Made by a program: the position numbers and the translations under genes. From contig CAVJMM010000002.1 of the NCBI GenBank assembly GCA_963650865.1, positions 700-64,699 of the forward strand: a DNA stretch of 64,000 nt. The letters are read 5' to 3'. This document shows, in pieces, positions 26,928 through 36,730 of the stretch. Origin of the DNA: Eubacterium sp. AM49-13BH. Lineage in GTDB: Bacteria > Bacillota_I > Bacilli_A > Erysipelotrichales > Erysipelotrichaceae. How positions within the stretch are numbered: position 1 is the first letter of the stretch; the number at the start of each line of letters is the position of its first letter. The notes under the pieces are model-generated. The model was not told where the DNA came from, ran no database searches, and saw only the letters and a list, made by a program, of their open reading frames with translations.

Positions 26928-27515
26928 ATGTTACAATTTTCACATATGAAAGAAAAGAAGTGTGCCATCTTCCTCGCAGATGGCTTTGAAACATGCGAGG
27001 GATTGATTGTAATAGACTTGTTAAGAAGAGCAGGGATTACAATTGATATGATATCGATGAATGATGATTTAACAGTCACGACATCTCAAAAAGTTGTTCT
27101 ACAAGCTGAGAAGCTTTATCAAGATATTGACGTCAAAGATTATGATGTATTGATTTTACCAGGTGGCAAAGTTGGTACTGCGAATCTAGAAGCGTGTGAT
27201 TCTTTGGAAAAAGCATTAAAAGAACATTTTGAAAGTGGAAAACTAACATGTGCTATTTGTGCTGCCCCATCTATTTTTGGACATCTAGGCATGTTAGAAG
27301 GAAAGAAATATACTTGCTTCCCAGACTTTGATGGAAATTATTGTGGATTCTATCAACAAGAGTTAGCAGTCAGTGACGGGAATTTGATTACTGGTCGTGG
27401 TATGGGTGCGACTTTAGAATTCGCTCGAGAAATACTAAAACAGTTGATTGATGAAGAAGCATTAAAGAAGGTTCAACACGGAATTCAATACGAACATACA
27501 TTCCGTAACGAATAA
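26928..27515 (+). CDS. DJ-1/PfpI (ThiJ) family protein, second copy in the window
   Basis: LPGGKVG and AICAAP motifs, with the same layout as 5259-5834. The start could be the ATG at 26946. Confidence 0.8.
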   Translation: MLQFSHMKEKKCAIFLADGFETCEGLIVIDLLRRAGITIDMISMNDDLTVTTSQKVVLQAEKLYQDIDVKDYDVLILPGGKVGTANLEACDSLEKALKEHFESGKLTCAICAAPSIFGHLGMLEGKKYTCFPDFDGNYCGFYQQELAVSDGNLITGRGMGATLEFAREILKQLIDEEALKKVQHGIQYEHTFRNE

Positions 27516-27549
27516 AAAAGAAAGAGAAAAATATTGAGGAGAAAATACT

Positions 27550-29025
27550 ATGGAAAACATGTTTTCAAATGACTCAAGACAATTGAAGTTTGATGTTTTA
27601 GTAGCGCTTTGTAAAGCCGCTTCACAAGGTGAAGTAAATGAAGACGAAATTCAAGCTTATGCCCATGATCTTGTTTCATTGTCATCCCCTAGATTAAGAT
27701 GCTGCGTTTATAAAGAAAGAGAAATTCTGAGACAAAGAGTTCGTCTAGCAATGGGAAAAGATGCATCTGAAACATTGGATCATCAACCAACACAAATCGT
27801 TCAAGTCATTGATGCAGCTTGTGATGGATGTACGATCAAAAAGATTAGAGTGACTGATAACTGTAGAAAATGTATGGCAAAGAGCTGTATGGCAGCATGC
27901 CGTTTTGGTGCGATGCATATGGGAACATATCATTCTGAAATTGATTACAATTTATGTAAAGAATGTGGTGCTTGTGTAAGAGCTTGTCCATATAACGCAA
28001 TTGTTATGACAGAAAGACCATGTTTTGCGCATTGTCCAGTACAGGCAATTGGTTGGAATGAGAATGGTCTATGTAAGATTGATGAAAGTAAGTGTATCAA
28101 TTGTGGTCAATGTGAAAATGCATGTCCTTTTGGTGCAATTGAAGATAAGAGCCTTGTTGTTCCAGTCATGAATGATATTCGTTTGGGTAAAAAAGTATAC
28201 GCAATCGTAGCACCATCTATTCAGGGACAATTTGAAAATACAAACTTAGCTCAAATCATGAAAGCAGTAGAAATGATTGGCTTTACAGAATGTATTGAAG
28301 TAGCTGCTGGTGCAGATCTAGTCGCACAAACAGAATACAAAGAATTAAAAGAACATAAAGAAGCTGGTGTTCCTTTAACAACTTCTTGTTGTCCTGCATT
28401 TGTTAATATGTTGAAGATTCATTTCCCAACGATTTACGAAAATAATAAGAGTTCTACACTTTCGCCAATGTTGGCATTAGCGAAGAAGTTAAAGAGTGAT
28501 GATCCAGAATGTGTTGTAGCTTTTATTGGACCATGTATCGCAAAGAAGAGTGAAATCAATTTATCAGATTATTGTGAGTATGCTTTGACATATGAAGAAC
28601 TTGCCGCAATGTTTATTAGTAAAGGTATTTCTCCAAGTGAAGTCGAAGTTGGGCCACTTGAGAAATATGCATCAAATTATGGGCGTAACTTTGCCCATTC
28701 TGGTGGTGTTGCCGCAGCTGTTGTACAAGCCGCAAAAGAAGCAGGTGATACAGAAACATATAACGCTGTCATCGCAAATGGTGGTTTTGAATGCAAGAAA
28801 CAACTATTGTTGATGAAAGTTGGTAAGTTCCAAGGCAATATCTTAGAAGGTATGAATTGCGAAGGTGGATGTATTGCGGGACCTGCATGTATTACTGATC
28901 CTATGACTGTGAAAGGTAGAATGGCAAAAGAAAACATGCAGACAGATAAAAAATCAATTGAAGATTCTGTAAAATTGTATGATTTGAAAGAGTTTGATAT
29001 TGAAATCGAAAAGGATGCAGAATAA
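27550..29025 (+). CDS. [FeFe]-hydrogenase family protein with N-terminal 4Fe-4S ferredoxin-type domains
   Basis: Two CxxCxxCxxxCP ferredoxin motifs (CKECGACVRACP, CINCGQCENACP). H-cluster-like motifs TSCCPAF (L1), GPCIAKKSE (L2) and EGMNCEGGCIAGP (L3). Confidence 0.7.
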   Translation: MENMFSNDSRQLKFDVLVALCKAASQGEVNEDEIQAYAHDLVSLSSPRLRCCVYKEREILRQRVRLAMGKDASETLDHQPTQIVQVIDAACDGCTIKKIRVTDNCRKCMAKSCMAACRFGAMHMGTYHSEIDYNLCKECGACVRACPYNAIVMTERPCFAHCPVQAIGWNENGLCKIDESKCINCGQCENACPFGAIEDKSLVVPVMNDIRLGKKVYAIVAPSIQGQFENTNLAQIMKAVEMIGFTECIEVAAGADLVAQTEYKELKEHKEAGVPLTTSCCPAFVNMLKIHFPTIYENNKSSTLSPMLALAKKLKSDDPECVVAFIGPCIAKKSEINLSDYCEYALTYEELAAMFISKGISPSEVEVGPLEKYASNYGRNFAHSGGVAAAVVQAAKEAGDTETYNAVIANGGFECKKQLLLMKVGKFQGNILEGMNCEGGCIAGPACITDPMTVKGRMAKENMQTDKKSIEDSVKLYDLKEFDIEIEKDAE

Positions 29026-29029
29026 ACTG

Positions 29030-29061
29030 ATAACCATGAACACTTGTTCATGGTTATTTTT
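29030..29061 (+). terminator. Rho-independent terminator after the hydrogenase-like gene
   Basis: Perfect 12-bp stem ATAACCATGAAC / GTTCATGGTTAT, 4-nt loop, then TTTTT. Confidence 0.75.
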
Positions 29062-29622
29062 ATGGAAAAGAAGTTAAATTTAAAAGAATTGAAATGGGTA
29101 CATGAACCAAAAAGATCGGTTCTAAATGAAAACCAATTGATATTAGAAACAGAACCACATACTTCATTGAATCTGTTAGGTGGTAGTGCAGAAGCGGTAG
29201 AACTAGGGATGGAAACTGAAGATAACTTTCATTTCTCGATTCGTTGTGATTTTCATTACAAGAAAGCTTTGGATCAATGCGGGATTGTCTTATATGACAC
29301 AACGGGTAGAAAAATGATTTGTGGATGTGAGAAAAGAGATGGTGAAGTTTCCAAAATTGTTGTTCGAGTGAATCATGTGGATGGCACAGATCGTTCGGAA
29401 AGAGAAATTGGTTCGGCAATTCAATGGTTGTATTATCGTGTATGGTTTCGTGGTGGAATTGTTAGAGTTCAGTATAGTTTTAATGGAAAGAGATATTCTG
29501 ATTTAAGGGAATTTGTTGTACATGACAAAATAGAAAAGATTGGTGTTTATGCTTGTTCACCAAATGATTCGTATTTTGATTGTATATTTTCAGAAGCAGT
29601 TTTAGATAAGGATGGGTATTGA
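29062..29622 (+). CDS. Hypothetical protein, possibly DUF1349 (concanavalin-like beta-sandwich) family
   Basis: The ORF begins right after the terminator. The ATG at 29062 is chosen because earlier in-frame ATGs lie inside the terminator stem. Family guess is from N-terminal similarity by eye only. Confidence 0.4.
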   Translation: MEKKLNLKELKWVHEPKRSVLNENQLILETEPHTSLNLLGGSAEAVELGMETEDNFHFSIRCDFHYKKALDQCGIVLYDTTGRKMICGCEKRDGEVSKIVVRVNHVDGTDRSEREIGSAIQWLYYRVWFRGGIVRVQYSFNGKRYSDLREFVVHDKIEKIGVYACSPNDSYFDCIFSEAVLDKDGY

Positions 29623-29623
29623 T

Positions 29624-30847
29624 ATGAGTGCTGTTGAAAGATTGATTCGTTATTGTAAAGTGGATACACAAAGTGATCCAACCAATGAAAGTGTTACGCC
29701 TAGTAGTGAGAAGGAATTTGATCTAGCTAAAATATTAGAAAAAGAATTAAAAGAATTAGGTGTAGAAGATGTAACATTAGATGAACATTGTTATGTATAT
29801 GGATGGTTACCTTCTAATATGGATAAAAAAGTTCCTACGGTTGGTTTTATTGCGCATATGGATACTGCTCCAGATTATTCTGGAACAAATGTAAATCCTA
29901 GAATCATTGAAAACTTTGATGGAAAAGATATTGTGTTAAATGAAACAATGGTTACAAAGATGGAAGATTTTCCTGAGATGAAACAAGCAAAGGGAAAGAC
30001 ATTGGTTGTAACAGATGGAACAACATTATTAGGTGCAGATGATAAAGCTGGTGTTACAAGTATTATGGAAGCAATCACTTATTTACAAGAACATCCAGAA
30101 GTAAAACACGGAAAGATTGCGATTGGTTTTACACCCGATGAAGAAATTGGAAATGGGCCAAAATATTTTGATATCGAAAAATTTGGCGCTGATTTTGCGT
30201 ATACGATGGATGGTGGAACCGTTCGTGAAATTAGTGATGAAACATTCAATGCCGCAAGTGCAGTTGTTACATTGAAAGGATTTTCCATTCATCCAGGATC
30301 TGCGAAAGATAAGATGATCAACGCCGCAAGCATTGCTTGTAGTTATCAAAACTTATTGCCAGAATATGCTAGACCGGAACATACAGAAGGCAGAGATGGC
30401 TTTATCCATCTAACAGGGATGGAAGGTAGTACAGAGAAAGCAACCCTTTCTTATATCATTCGTGATCATGATTTGACAAAGTTGAATGAGAAAAAAGAAC
30501 TGATGCAGAAAACATGTGCGTATGTGAATGCTCGCTATGGAGAAGACGTATGTTCTATTGAAATCAAAGATGCATATCATAATATGAAGGAAGTATTGGA
30601 TGAACATCCAGATGCATTGAAATATGCATACAAAGCATTTGAACAACTTGGTATCACACCATTACATGAACCTGTTAGAGGTGGGACAGATGGTGCGGAA
30701 TTATCTTTAAGAGGACTTCCATGTCCAAACTTAGGCGTTGGTGGTGGAAATTTCCATGGACCATATGAATATTGTGTTGTTGAAGAATTAGAACAAGCTA
30801 GAGAAGTTGTCTTAAAAATCGTTGAAAATATCGCAAAAGGAGAATAA
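29624..30847 (+). CDS. pepT: Peptidase T (tripeptide aminopeptidase, M20B)
   Basis: N-terminus ..ERLIRYCKVDTQSDP, metal ligands in FIAHMDTAPD and GADDKAG, and PDEEIG. Length is about 407 aa. Confidence 0.9.
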   Translation: MSAVERLIRYCKVDTQSDPTNESVTPSSEKEFDLAKILEKELKELGVEDVTLDEHCYVYGWLPSNMDKKVPTVGFIAHMDTAPDYSGTNVNPRIIENFDGKDIVLNETMVTKMEDFPEMKQAKGKTLVVTDGTTLLGADDKAGVTSIMEAITYLQEHPEVKHGKIAIGFTPDEEIGNGPKYFDIEKFGADFAYTMDGGTVREISDETFNAASAVVTLKGFSIHPGSAKDKMINAASIACSYQNLLPEYARPEHTEGRDGFIHLTGMEGSTEKATLSYIIRDHDLTKLNEKKELMQKTCAYVNARYGEDVCSIEIKDAYHNMKEVLDEHPDALKYAYKAFEQLGITPLHEPVRGGTDGAELSLRGLPCPNLGVGGGNFHGPYEYCVVEELEQAREVVLKIVENIAKGE

Positions 30848-30849
30848 TC

Positions 30850-31770
30850 ATGATTTGTACATGTACAATGAATCCTTCATTGGATTATTATCTTGAATTT
30901 GAATCGGATGTGAAAAATGGTGCTGTTAATCGTTCGGAGTTGGAATATTATGAAGCTGGTGGAAAAGGAATCAACGTATCTATTGTTTTGAACAACTTAG
31001 GAATTCCAACAAAGGCATTTGGTTTTATTGGTGGATTTACAAAAGATTTCTATATTTCATTACTTGCGAAATATGAAAATATTCATCCTAACTTTACGTA
31101 TACGAATGGGCATACAAGAGTGAATGTAAAGTTACATGGGAAAAGTGAAGTGACGGATATTCATGCGATGGGACCATACATCACACATGAAGATATGAAT
31201 AATCTCATGCGTAAGACAGAAAATATGTATGAACAAGATTATTTTGTTTTAGCGGGTAACACACAACCTTGGTTAACAGAAGAAACAGAAAATATGTTGA
31301 TTCATTTGATTGAGGAAGGTGTAAAAGTAGTTCTTGATACAAATACTGTCATTATGAAAGATATGTTACGGTATAAGCCATTTCTTTGTAAGACAACAAG
31401 TGAAGAATTGAAAGATATTTTAGATATTGAAATCAATACAGAAGAAGATGCAATCCAAGGTGCAAAACAGCTTTATACTTTAGGTGCGAAGCATGTTTTA
31501 GTTCTAACAAATACTTTAGCGATCTTAGTGAATGATCATGGTACATTTACATGTGAATTCTTGGATGAAGATTCTGTAGTGAATACGGTTGGTACTGGTG
31601 ATTCTATGATAGCGGGATTTTTGATGAATTATTTGAGAACAAAAGATTCTTATGATTCTTTGAAGTTTGGTGCTTCTTGTGGAAGTGCAACTGCATATTC
31701 AAAAGGATTGGCGACAAGAGAAAAGATTGATGCGATGTACCAAAATACAGTCGTTCATAAAATAGACTGA
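30850..31770 (+). CDS. 1-phosphofructokinase family hexose-phosphate kinase (PfkB family)
   Basis: N-terminus TMNPSLDY typical of FruK/LacC, and a C-terminal GTGDSMIAGF anion-hole motif. Confidence 0.8.
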   Translation: MICTCTMNPSLDYYLEFESDVKNGAVNRSELEYYEAGGKGINVSIVLNNLGIPTKAFGFIGGFTKDFYISLLAKYENIHPNFTYTNGHTRVNVKLHGKSEVTDIHAMGPYITHEDMNNLMRKTENMYEQDYFVLAGNTQPWLTEETENMLIHLIEEGVKVVLDTNTVIMKDMLRYKPFLCKTTSEELKDILDIEINTEEDAIQGAKQLYTLGAKHVLVLTNTLAILVNDHGTFTCEFLDEDSVVNTVGTGDSMIAGFLMNYLRTKDSYDSLKFGASCGSATAYSKGLATREKIDAMYQNTVVHKID

Positions 31771-31806
31771 TAAAAAGTGATATAATAAATTCTTGCGAGG
31801 TGACAA

Positions 31807-32418
31807 ATGAAAAAATTTATAACATGTCTTTTAACAACTGTTTTATTGACGGGGTGTGCTTCTACTGCGAGTACAAGTTCAACAAATAGTAGTGAAACTT
31901 CTACAACAGAACAAGTAACAATTACAAATGATGTTGAATTAGCAGCTGTTAAAACAAATTTAAGTGGTTATAAATGGGTTGGAGATGAAATTGGTGACTT
32001 CGAAGAAACTTCTTTGAAGGAAACAATTCGTTTATTTGATGAGAAAGGCAGTGCAGTTGTTTATTATGGATATGTAGGATGTCCATGGTGTGAAAGAGCA
32101 TTGCCGGAATTAAACAAAGTTGCGTTAAAAACAGGTATCAAAATCTATTATGTAGATGCTTCTGTTTCACCAGCATCCGAGGATTATCAAAGTTTAACAG
32201 GATATTTGGGAGATGCTTTGAGTACAGATGAAGAAACTGGTGAAAAAGAGATGTATGTTCCATTTGTTGTGGGAATTAAAAATGGAGAAGTTGTTGGCAG
32301 TCACACAGCTTTGATTGATGGATTTGAAATTAAAGATGATTCTTCTCAAATGAGTGATTCTCAAAAACAAGAACTACAAGATATTTATACAGATATCATT
32401 GATAAAGTTGCAGATTAA
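31807..32418 (+). CDS. Thioredoxin-fold lipoprotein
   Basis: Lipobox LLTGCAS, a Ser/Thr-rich linker and a CxxC motif in YVGCPWCERALPEL. Confidence 0.5.
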   Translation: MKKFITCLLTTVLLTGCASTASTSSTNSSETSTTEQVTITNDVELAAVKTNLSGYKWVGDEIGDFEETSLKETIRLFDEKGSAVVYYGYVGCPWCERALPELNKVALKTGIKIYYVDASVSPASEDYQSLTGYLGDALSTDEETGEKEMYVPFVVGIKNGEVVGSHTALIDGFEIKDDSSQMSDSQKQELQDIYTDIIDKVAD

Positions 32419-32441
32419 GTAGTGTGAAAACACTACTTTTT
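32418..32441 (+). terminator. Rho-independent terminator
   Basis: AGTAGTGT-GAAA-ACACTACT perfect 8-bp stem with a GAAA loop, followed by TTTTT. Confidence 0.7.
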
Positions 32442-32468
32442 ATATGGAATTTGTACTACAATGAAACT

Positions 32469-33401
32469 ATGAAAAAGACAATTTACGCTGGGACTTATAC
32501 CAGCAAGACCTCCAAGGGAATTTACCAATTTTCTTTTGAAGATGGAAAGTTCTCTGATGCGAAACAATTCTGTACAATTAAAAATCCAAAATATTTAGCG
32601 ATTGAGAATCATGAAATCATTGCGGTTGCGGATTTTGACCATGACAGTGGAGTGGCTTTGATCGATGCGAAAGGAGTAGTAAAAGATAAAAAGGCATTCG
32701 AAGAAAGAACATCCTGTTATGTAACAGAAGCCAATAATGATATTTATACAGCGAATTATCACACTGGCATTGTAACACATTTAAAGAATGAAAATGGAAA
32801 TCTAAAATATATCAATTCGATTCAGATACAAGATGGTGCTGGTTGTCATCAAGTACTTGTGTACAATGATTTATTATTAGTTCCTTGTTTATTTTTGGAT
32901 CGTGTTATTATTTTAGATCAATCATTAAAGAAAGTAGGTTCCATTCATTTTAATGCGAATACAGGACCTCGACATGGTGTATTTACAAAAGATCATGAAT
33001 ATTTATATTTGGTATCTGAATTATCGAATGAATTGTTTGTGCTTCATACAGGTGATTGGAAAATTGAATCACAGATTTCTGTATTTATGAATCAAGAAAA
33101 ACATCTTCGTGATACAGCTGCTATTCGTTTATCGGAAGATGAAAAATATTTGTATGTTTCTACACGTACAAAAGATGTCATTTCCACAATTGAACTAGAA
33201 GATCATAAACCAACAGTGATTCAAACAACAAGCTGTGGTGGAAAACATCCAAGAGACTTTATCTTAGTGGATCATTATTTGTTGTGTGGAAATCGCAACT
33301 CAAATGAAGTTGTAAGTTTTCAAATCAATCAAGATGGAACATTAGGAAAAATAACAGATCGTATTGAAATTCCTGAAGTTGTATCATTAATAGAAGAATG
33401 A
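32469..33401 (+). CDS. Lactonase family protein (7-bladed beta-propeller, 6-phosphogluconolactonase-like)
   Basis: MKKTIYAGTYTS... start and repeated blade-like segments (GPRH, YLYVS). The ATG at 32469 is used because the ORF-track GTG at 32424 sits inside the upstream terminator. Confidence 0.6.
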   Translation: MKKTIYAGTYTSKTSKGIYQFSFEDGKFSDAKQFCTIKNPKYLAIENHEIIAVADFDHDSGVALIDAKGVVKDKKAFEERTSCYVTEANNDIYTANYHTGIVTHLKNENGNLKYINSIQIQDGAGCHQVLVYNDLLLVPCLFLDRVIILDQSLKKVGSIHFNANTGPRHGVFTKDHEYLYLVSELSNELFVLHTGDWKIESQISVFMNQEKHLRDTAAIRLSEDEKYLYVSTRTKDVISTIELEDHKPTVIQTTSCGGKHPRDFILVDHYLLCGNRNSNEVVSFQINQDGTLGKITDRIEIPEVVSLIEE

Positions 33402-33504
33402 AGTCACTACGAATTGTAGTGATTTTATTTGATAAAAAAGATAAATTTTCATATAAATCAGATGAGTGCATATGGTAGAATTTTGGTACGAATAAAGTGT
33501 GCTT

Positions 33505-36078
33505 ATGAATAAGATAAATGAAAAGAAAACGAGTGCTGAACTAGACAGGAATCTACAAAAGGTCATCGATGAAAAGAATGATACGGAAAGATTCTTAAAG
33601 TTGGTTGCTCCTGAATATTTAGGTGTTTATGTTGTGAATCGAAGAAATGGTCTTTTTAGAGATGTTATTGGACCTGATTATTTTAGAAAAATCGTTGAAG
33701 ATAAAAATGGTTCATATGTAGATGCATTAAAAGTATATAAAGAACAGTTTGTTGAAGAAGATTGTTACGCAACAATTGATTTTGTGTTGGATTTGGATCA
33801 TGTTCATGAAATCTTGGAATCTGGTGAAACAATTAATGTTTCTTATATGAAAAAAGATGGAATGTCGGTGAAATTACAAATTCGTTCGTATTCTGATAAA
33901 GAAAGTGAAAAAGATATATCGATGTGGATCTATACGAATGAATATATTAGAAATAAGAAGCAGGAAGCAGAAAGACAAAAACAATTATCAGATGCGTTAA
34001 ATCTGGCTAAGAAAACAAATGATCAATTGAAAGTAGCAATTCATCAAGCAAAAACAGAAAAAAGAACATTAGAAAAACTATGTATGGATTTTGTTTCGAT
34101 GTATGCAGTAGAAGTGAATACAGGAAAGTTTGAAATTTTAAAATTACAGAAAACAACAAACGCAAAAACACTTGTAGATCATGAAACCTATCAACATTTT
34201 AATGATTATGTAAAAGATTATTGTAAAGAATATGTTATTGAAGAAGATAAACAAGCATGTAAAGAATGGTTCTCGTGTGAAAATTTAAAAGAAAGATTAT
34301 CGCAAGAAGATAGAATCTTGTTCTATTTTCAAAGTATTCCAAATAAAGTAGGACAAAAGTTTTTTGAAGCACAAGCAGTCAAATCTTATGTAGATGATTC
34401 TGAGTTTAATGTATTTATTGGGTTGCGATATATCGATGATTTGATTGTGGAAGAAAAGCAGAAACAAGAAATATTACAATATGCATTAGATGAGGCGAAT
34501 CTAAAAAATGAAATTATTTCTGCGATTGGTAAAACGTATCAATACATCTCTAGAATTGATTTGGAAAATAATTACTATGAAGAATTAACAGCGTTAAATG
34601 AATTTCATCAAGGGGATAATCGAAAAGGCGATCCAAATGAAAATGCACGACGCATGAGTGAAGCTAGAGTGGATAAAGAATATCAACAAGCATTCTTAGA
34701 GTTTTCAGATACTTCTACACTAGCAGAGCGTCTTAAGAATAAAGAATTGATTGATTTTGAATATCGTATTCAAAATGGAGATTGGCATATTATGTGGTTC
34801 ATTGTACAAAGAAGAAATTCTTTAGGAAATGTGACACATGTCTTATGCGCAATACGAGGTATTAGTAAACGGAAAAGAGAAGAACAAAAACTGATCTTAT
34901 TAGCGGATGAAGCTAGACAAGATGCCGCAATGAAAACGAGATTCTTGTCGAATATGTCTCATGATATCAGAACACCAATGAATGGAATTATTGGATTGTT
35001 AGAGAAGGCGGATCATTATCCGTATGATATGGCGATTCAACAAGAGTGTCGTAATAAGATGATGGATCTTTCTAAATCGCTTGTTTTGATGGTGAATGAT
35101 ATTCTAGAAATGAATAAATTAGAAACAGATGATGATAATACTTTAATTACAACATTTGATGTTACAGATTTATTACGTACTGCAAATGAAGAGGCACAAG
35201 AAAAAGCTTTGAAAAAAGGGATTGATTATGTTGTGGAATGGGAGAAAGGAAGTTATTCACAACGCTATGTGATGGGGAATCCATATTATTGTAAGAGAAT
35301 CTTACAAATCATATCTGACAATGCAATTAAATTTTCTGAAAAAGGAAGTAGTATTCATGTTTGGTTTAATGAAGAAATGATTGATGAAAAAACAGGAAGA
35401 TTTTCATTTGTTTGCCAAGATCATGGAATTGGAATGGATGCTGATTTTGTTGACCAAGCATTTGATGTCTTTGCGCAAGAAAAACAAGGTAGTCGAGCAA
35501 AATATGAGGGTACAGGTCTAGGTCTATCTATCGCAAAGAAAATGGCTGAACAAATGCATGGGAAAATTACACTAGAAAGTAAAAAAGGCGTAGGTACTTT
35601 AGCGATATTTAGTGTCCCTTTACGTTATGCGGAAAATGTTGATGTTTTAGAAGAAAAAGATTTAACTGAAGTATCTCTAGATGGATTACGTGTATTGTTG
35701 GTAGAAGATAATGAAATGAATATCGAAATTGCGAAATACATTTTAGAAGAAAATAAAATTGATGTAGATTGTGCGATGAATGGAAAAGAAGGTGTAATGA
35801 AGTTTGAACAATCATCGATTGGTTATTATGATGTCATTCTAATGGATATTTTGATGCCAGAGTTAAATGGTTTAGACGCAACACGTACAATTCGTTCTTT
35901 AAAAAGAATGGATGCAAAGTCGATTCCTATCATTGCGATGTCAGCGAATACTTTTGCGGAAGATATTATGAAAAGTTATATTGCGGGCGTGAATTATTAT
36001 CTTCCAAAGCCAATTGACGCAACGAAGTTAATTACAACAATCAAAAAGTTTATGGTAAAGAAAAAGCTAGTCATTTAA
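33505..36078 (+). CDS. Hybrid sensor histidine kinase / response regulator
   Basis: H-box FLSNMSHDIRTPMNGI, N box, G boxes (DHGIGM, GTGLGLSI), then a receiver domain (LLVEDNEMN...ILMDILMPELNG...). A long N-terminal region of about 460 aa has no obvious TM helix. Confidence 0.85.
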   Translation: MNKINEKKTSAELDRNLQKVIDEKNDTERFLKLVAPEYLGVYVVNRRNGLFRDVIGPDYFRKIVEDKNGSYVDALKVYKEQFVEEDCYATIDFVLDLDHVHEILESGETINVSYMKKDGMSVKLQIRSYSDKESEKDISMWIYTNEYIRNKKQEAERQKQLSDALNLAKKTNDQLKVAIHQAKTEKRTLEKLCMDFVSMYAVEVNTGKFEILKLQKTTNAKTLVDHETYQHFNDYVKDYCKEYVIEEDKQACKEWFSCENLKERLSQEDRILFYFQSIPNKVGQKFFEAQAVKSYVDDSEFNVFIGLRYIDDLIVEEKQKQEILQYALDEANLKNEIISAIGKTYQYISRIDLENNYYEELTALNEFHQGDNRKGDPNENARRMSEARVDKEYQQAFLEFSDTSTLAERLKNKELIDFEYRIQNGDWHIMWFIVQRRNSLGNVTHVLCAIRGISKRKREEQKLILLADEARQDAAMKTRFLSNMSHDIRTPMNGIIGLLEKADHYPYDMAIQQECRNKMMDLSKSLVLMVNDILEMNKLETDDDNTLITTFDVTDLLRTANEEAQEKALKKGIDYVVEWEKGSYSQRYVMGNPYYCKRILQIISDNAIKFSEKGSSIHVWFNEEMIDEKTGRFSFVCQDHGIGMDADFVDQAFDVFAQEKQGSRAKYEGTGLGLSIAKKMAEQMHGKITLESKKGVGTLAIFSVPLRYAENVDVLEEKDLTEVSLDGLRVLLVEDNEMNIEIAKYILEENKIDVDCAMNGKEGVMKFEQSSIGYYDVILMDILMPELNGLDATRTIRSLKRMDAKSIPIIAMSANTFAEDIMKSYIAGVNYYLPKPIDATKLITTIKKFMVKKKLVI

Positions 36079-36090
36079 TGACTAGCTTTT
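36062..36090. terminator. Bidirectional terminator hairpin
   Basis: Perfect 13-bp stem AAAAGCTAGTCAT / ATGACTAGCTTTT with a 3-nt loop. The kinase stop codon spans the loop and the first base of the 3' arm (36076-36078). Confidence 0.7.
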
Positions 36091-36095
36091 ATCAG

Positions 36096-36168
36096 TGGAG
36101 CTAAGGGGAATCGAACCCCTGACCCCCTGCTTGCAAAGCAGGTGCTCTCCCAGCTGAGCTATAACCCC
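36096..36168 (-). tRNA. tRNA-Ala (anticodon UGC), CCA not encoded
   Basis: The reverse complement reads GGGGTTATAGCTCAGCTGGGAGAGCACCTGCTTTGCAAGCAGGGGGTCAGGGGTTCGATTCCCCTTAGCTCCA. It has a G3:U70 pair, anticodon loop TTTGCAA and T-loop GGTTCGATTCC. Confidence 0.92.
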
Positions 36169-36190
36169 AGGATACATTTTTGAGAATAAA

Positions 36191-36267
<77 letters not shown>

Positions 36268-36355
36268 ATATTCTCAACAAGTGCTTAAATATAATATCAA
36301 TACATGATTCATGTGTCAAGCATTTTTGTATTATAATATTTTTGCGAGGTGTCTT

Positions 36356-36730
36356 ATGGATTTTAGTGAAAGATTAAATCTATATGTAGAAGGTGGTTTG
36401 ATTACATCAGTTGATGTTAAAGACATTGAAAAAATCATTGTTTTGTTTGATGAAAAATATCATATTCAACTATGTGAAGAAAATGCTTCCTTTTTGATTG
36501 CACATATTTGTGCGATGTATCATCGGAATCAAATCAATGAAGAAATTGATGATTTATCTGATCAAGAAATACGAGAAGTAAAACAATTAAAAACATATCC
36601 AAAATCAATTGCAATTTTAGAGGATGTTGTAAAAAATATGCATATTAATGTAAAAGAGGTTGAACGAAATTATCTTCTTTTGCATATCAATGCGATATTA
36701 CAACAAAATGGAGATGCATATGGTATTTGA
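36356..36730 (+). CDS. Stand-alone PRD-domain protein (YhfY-like)
   Basis: About 124 aa, with a PRD-like helix pattern including ASFLIAHICAMYHR and LLLHINA. GCGAGGTG RBS before the ATG at 36356. Confidence 0.5.
   Translation: MDFSERLNLYVEGGLITSVDVKDIEKIIVLFDEKYHIQLCEENASFLIAHICAMYHRNQINEEIDDLSDQEIREVKQLKTYPKSIAILEDVVKNMHINVKEVERNYLLLHINAILQQNGDAYGI

Noticed and set aside
5259-27515. The two DJ-1/PfpI paralogs (5259-5834 and 26928-27515) as a duplicated mobile segment
   Set aside because: Only the protein family is shared. I saw no extended nucleotide identity or shared flanks between the two loci.
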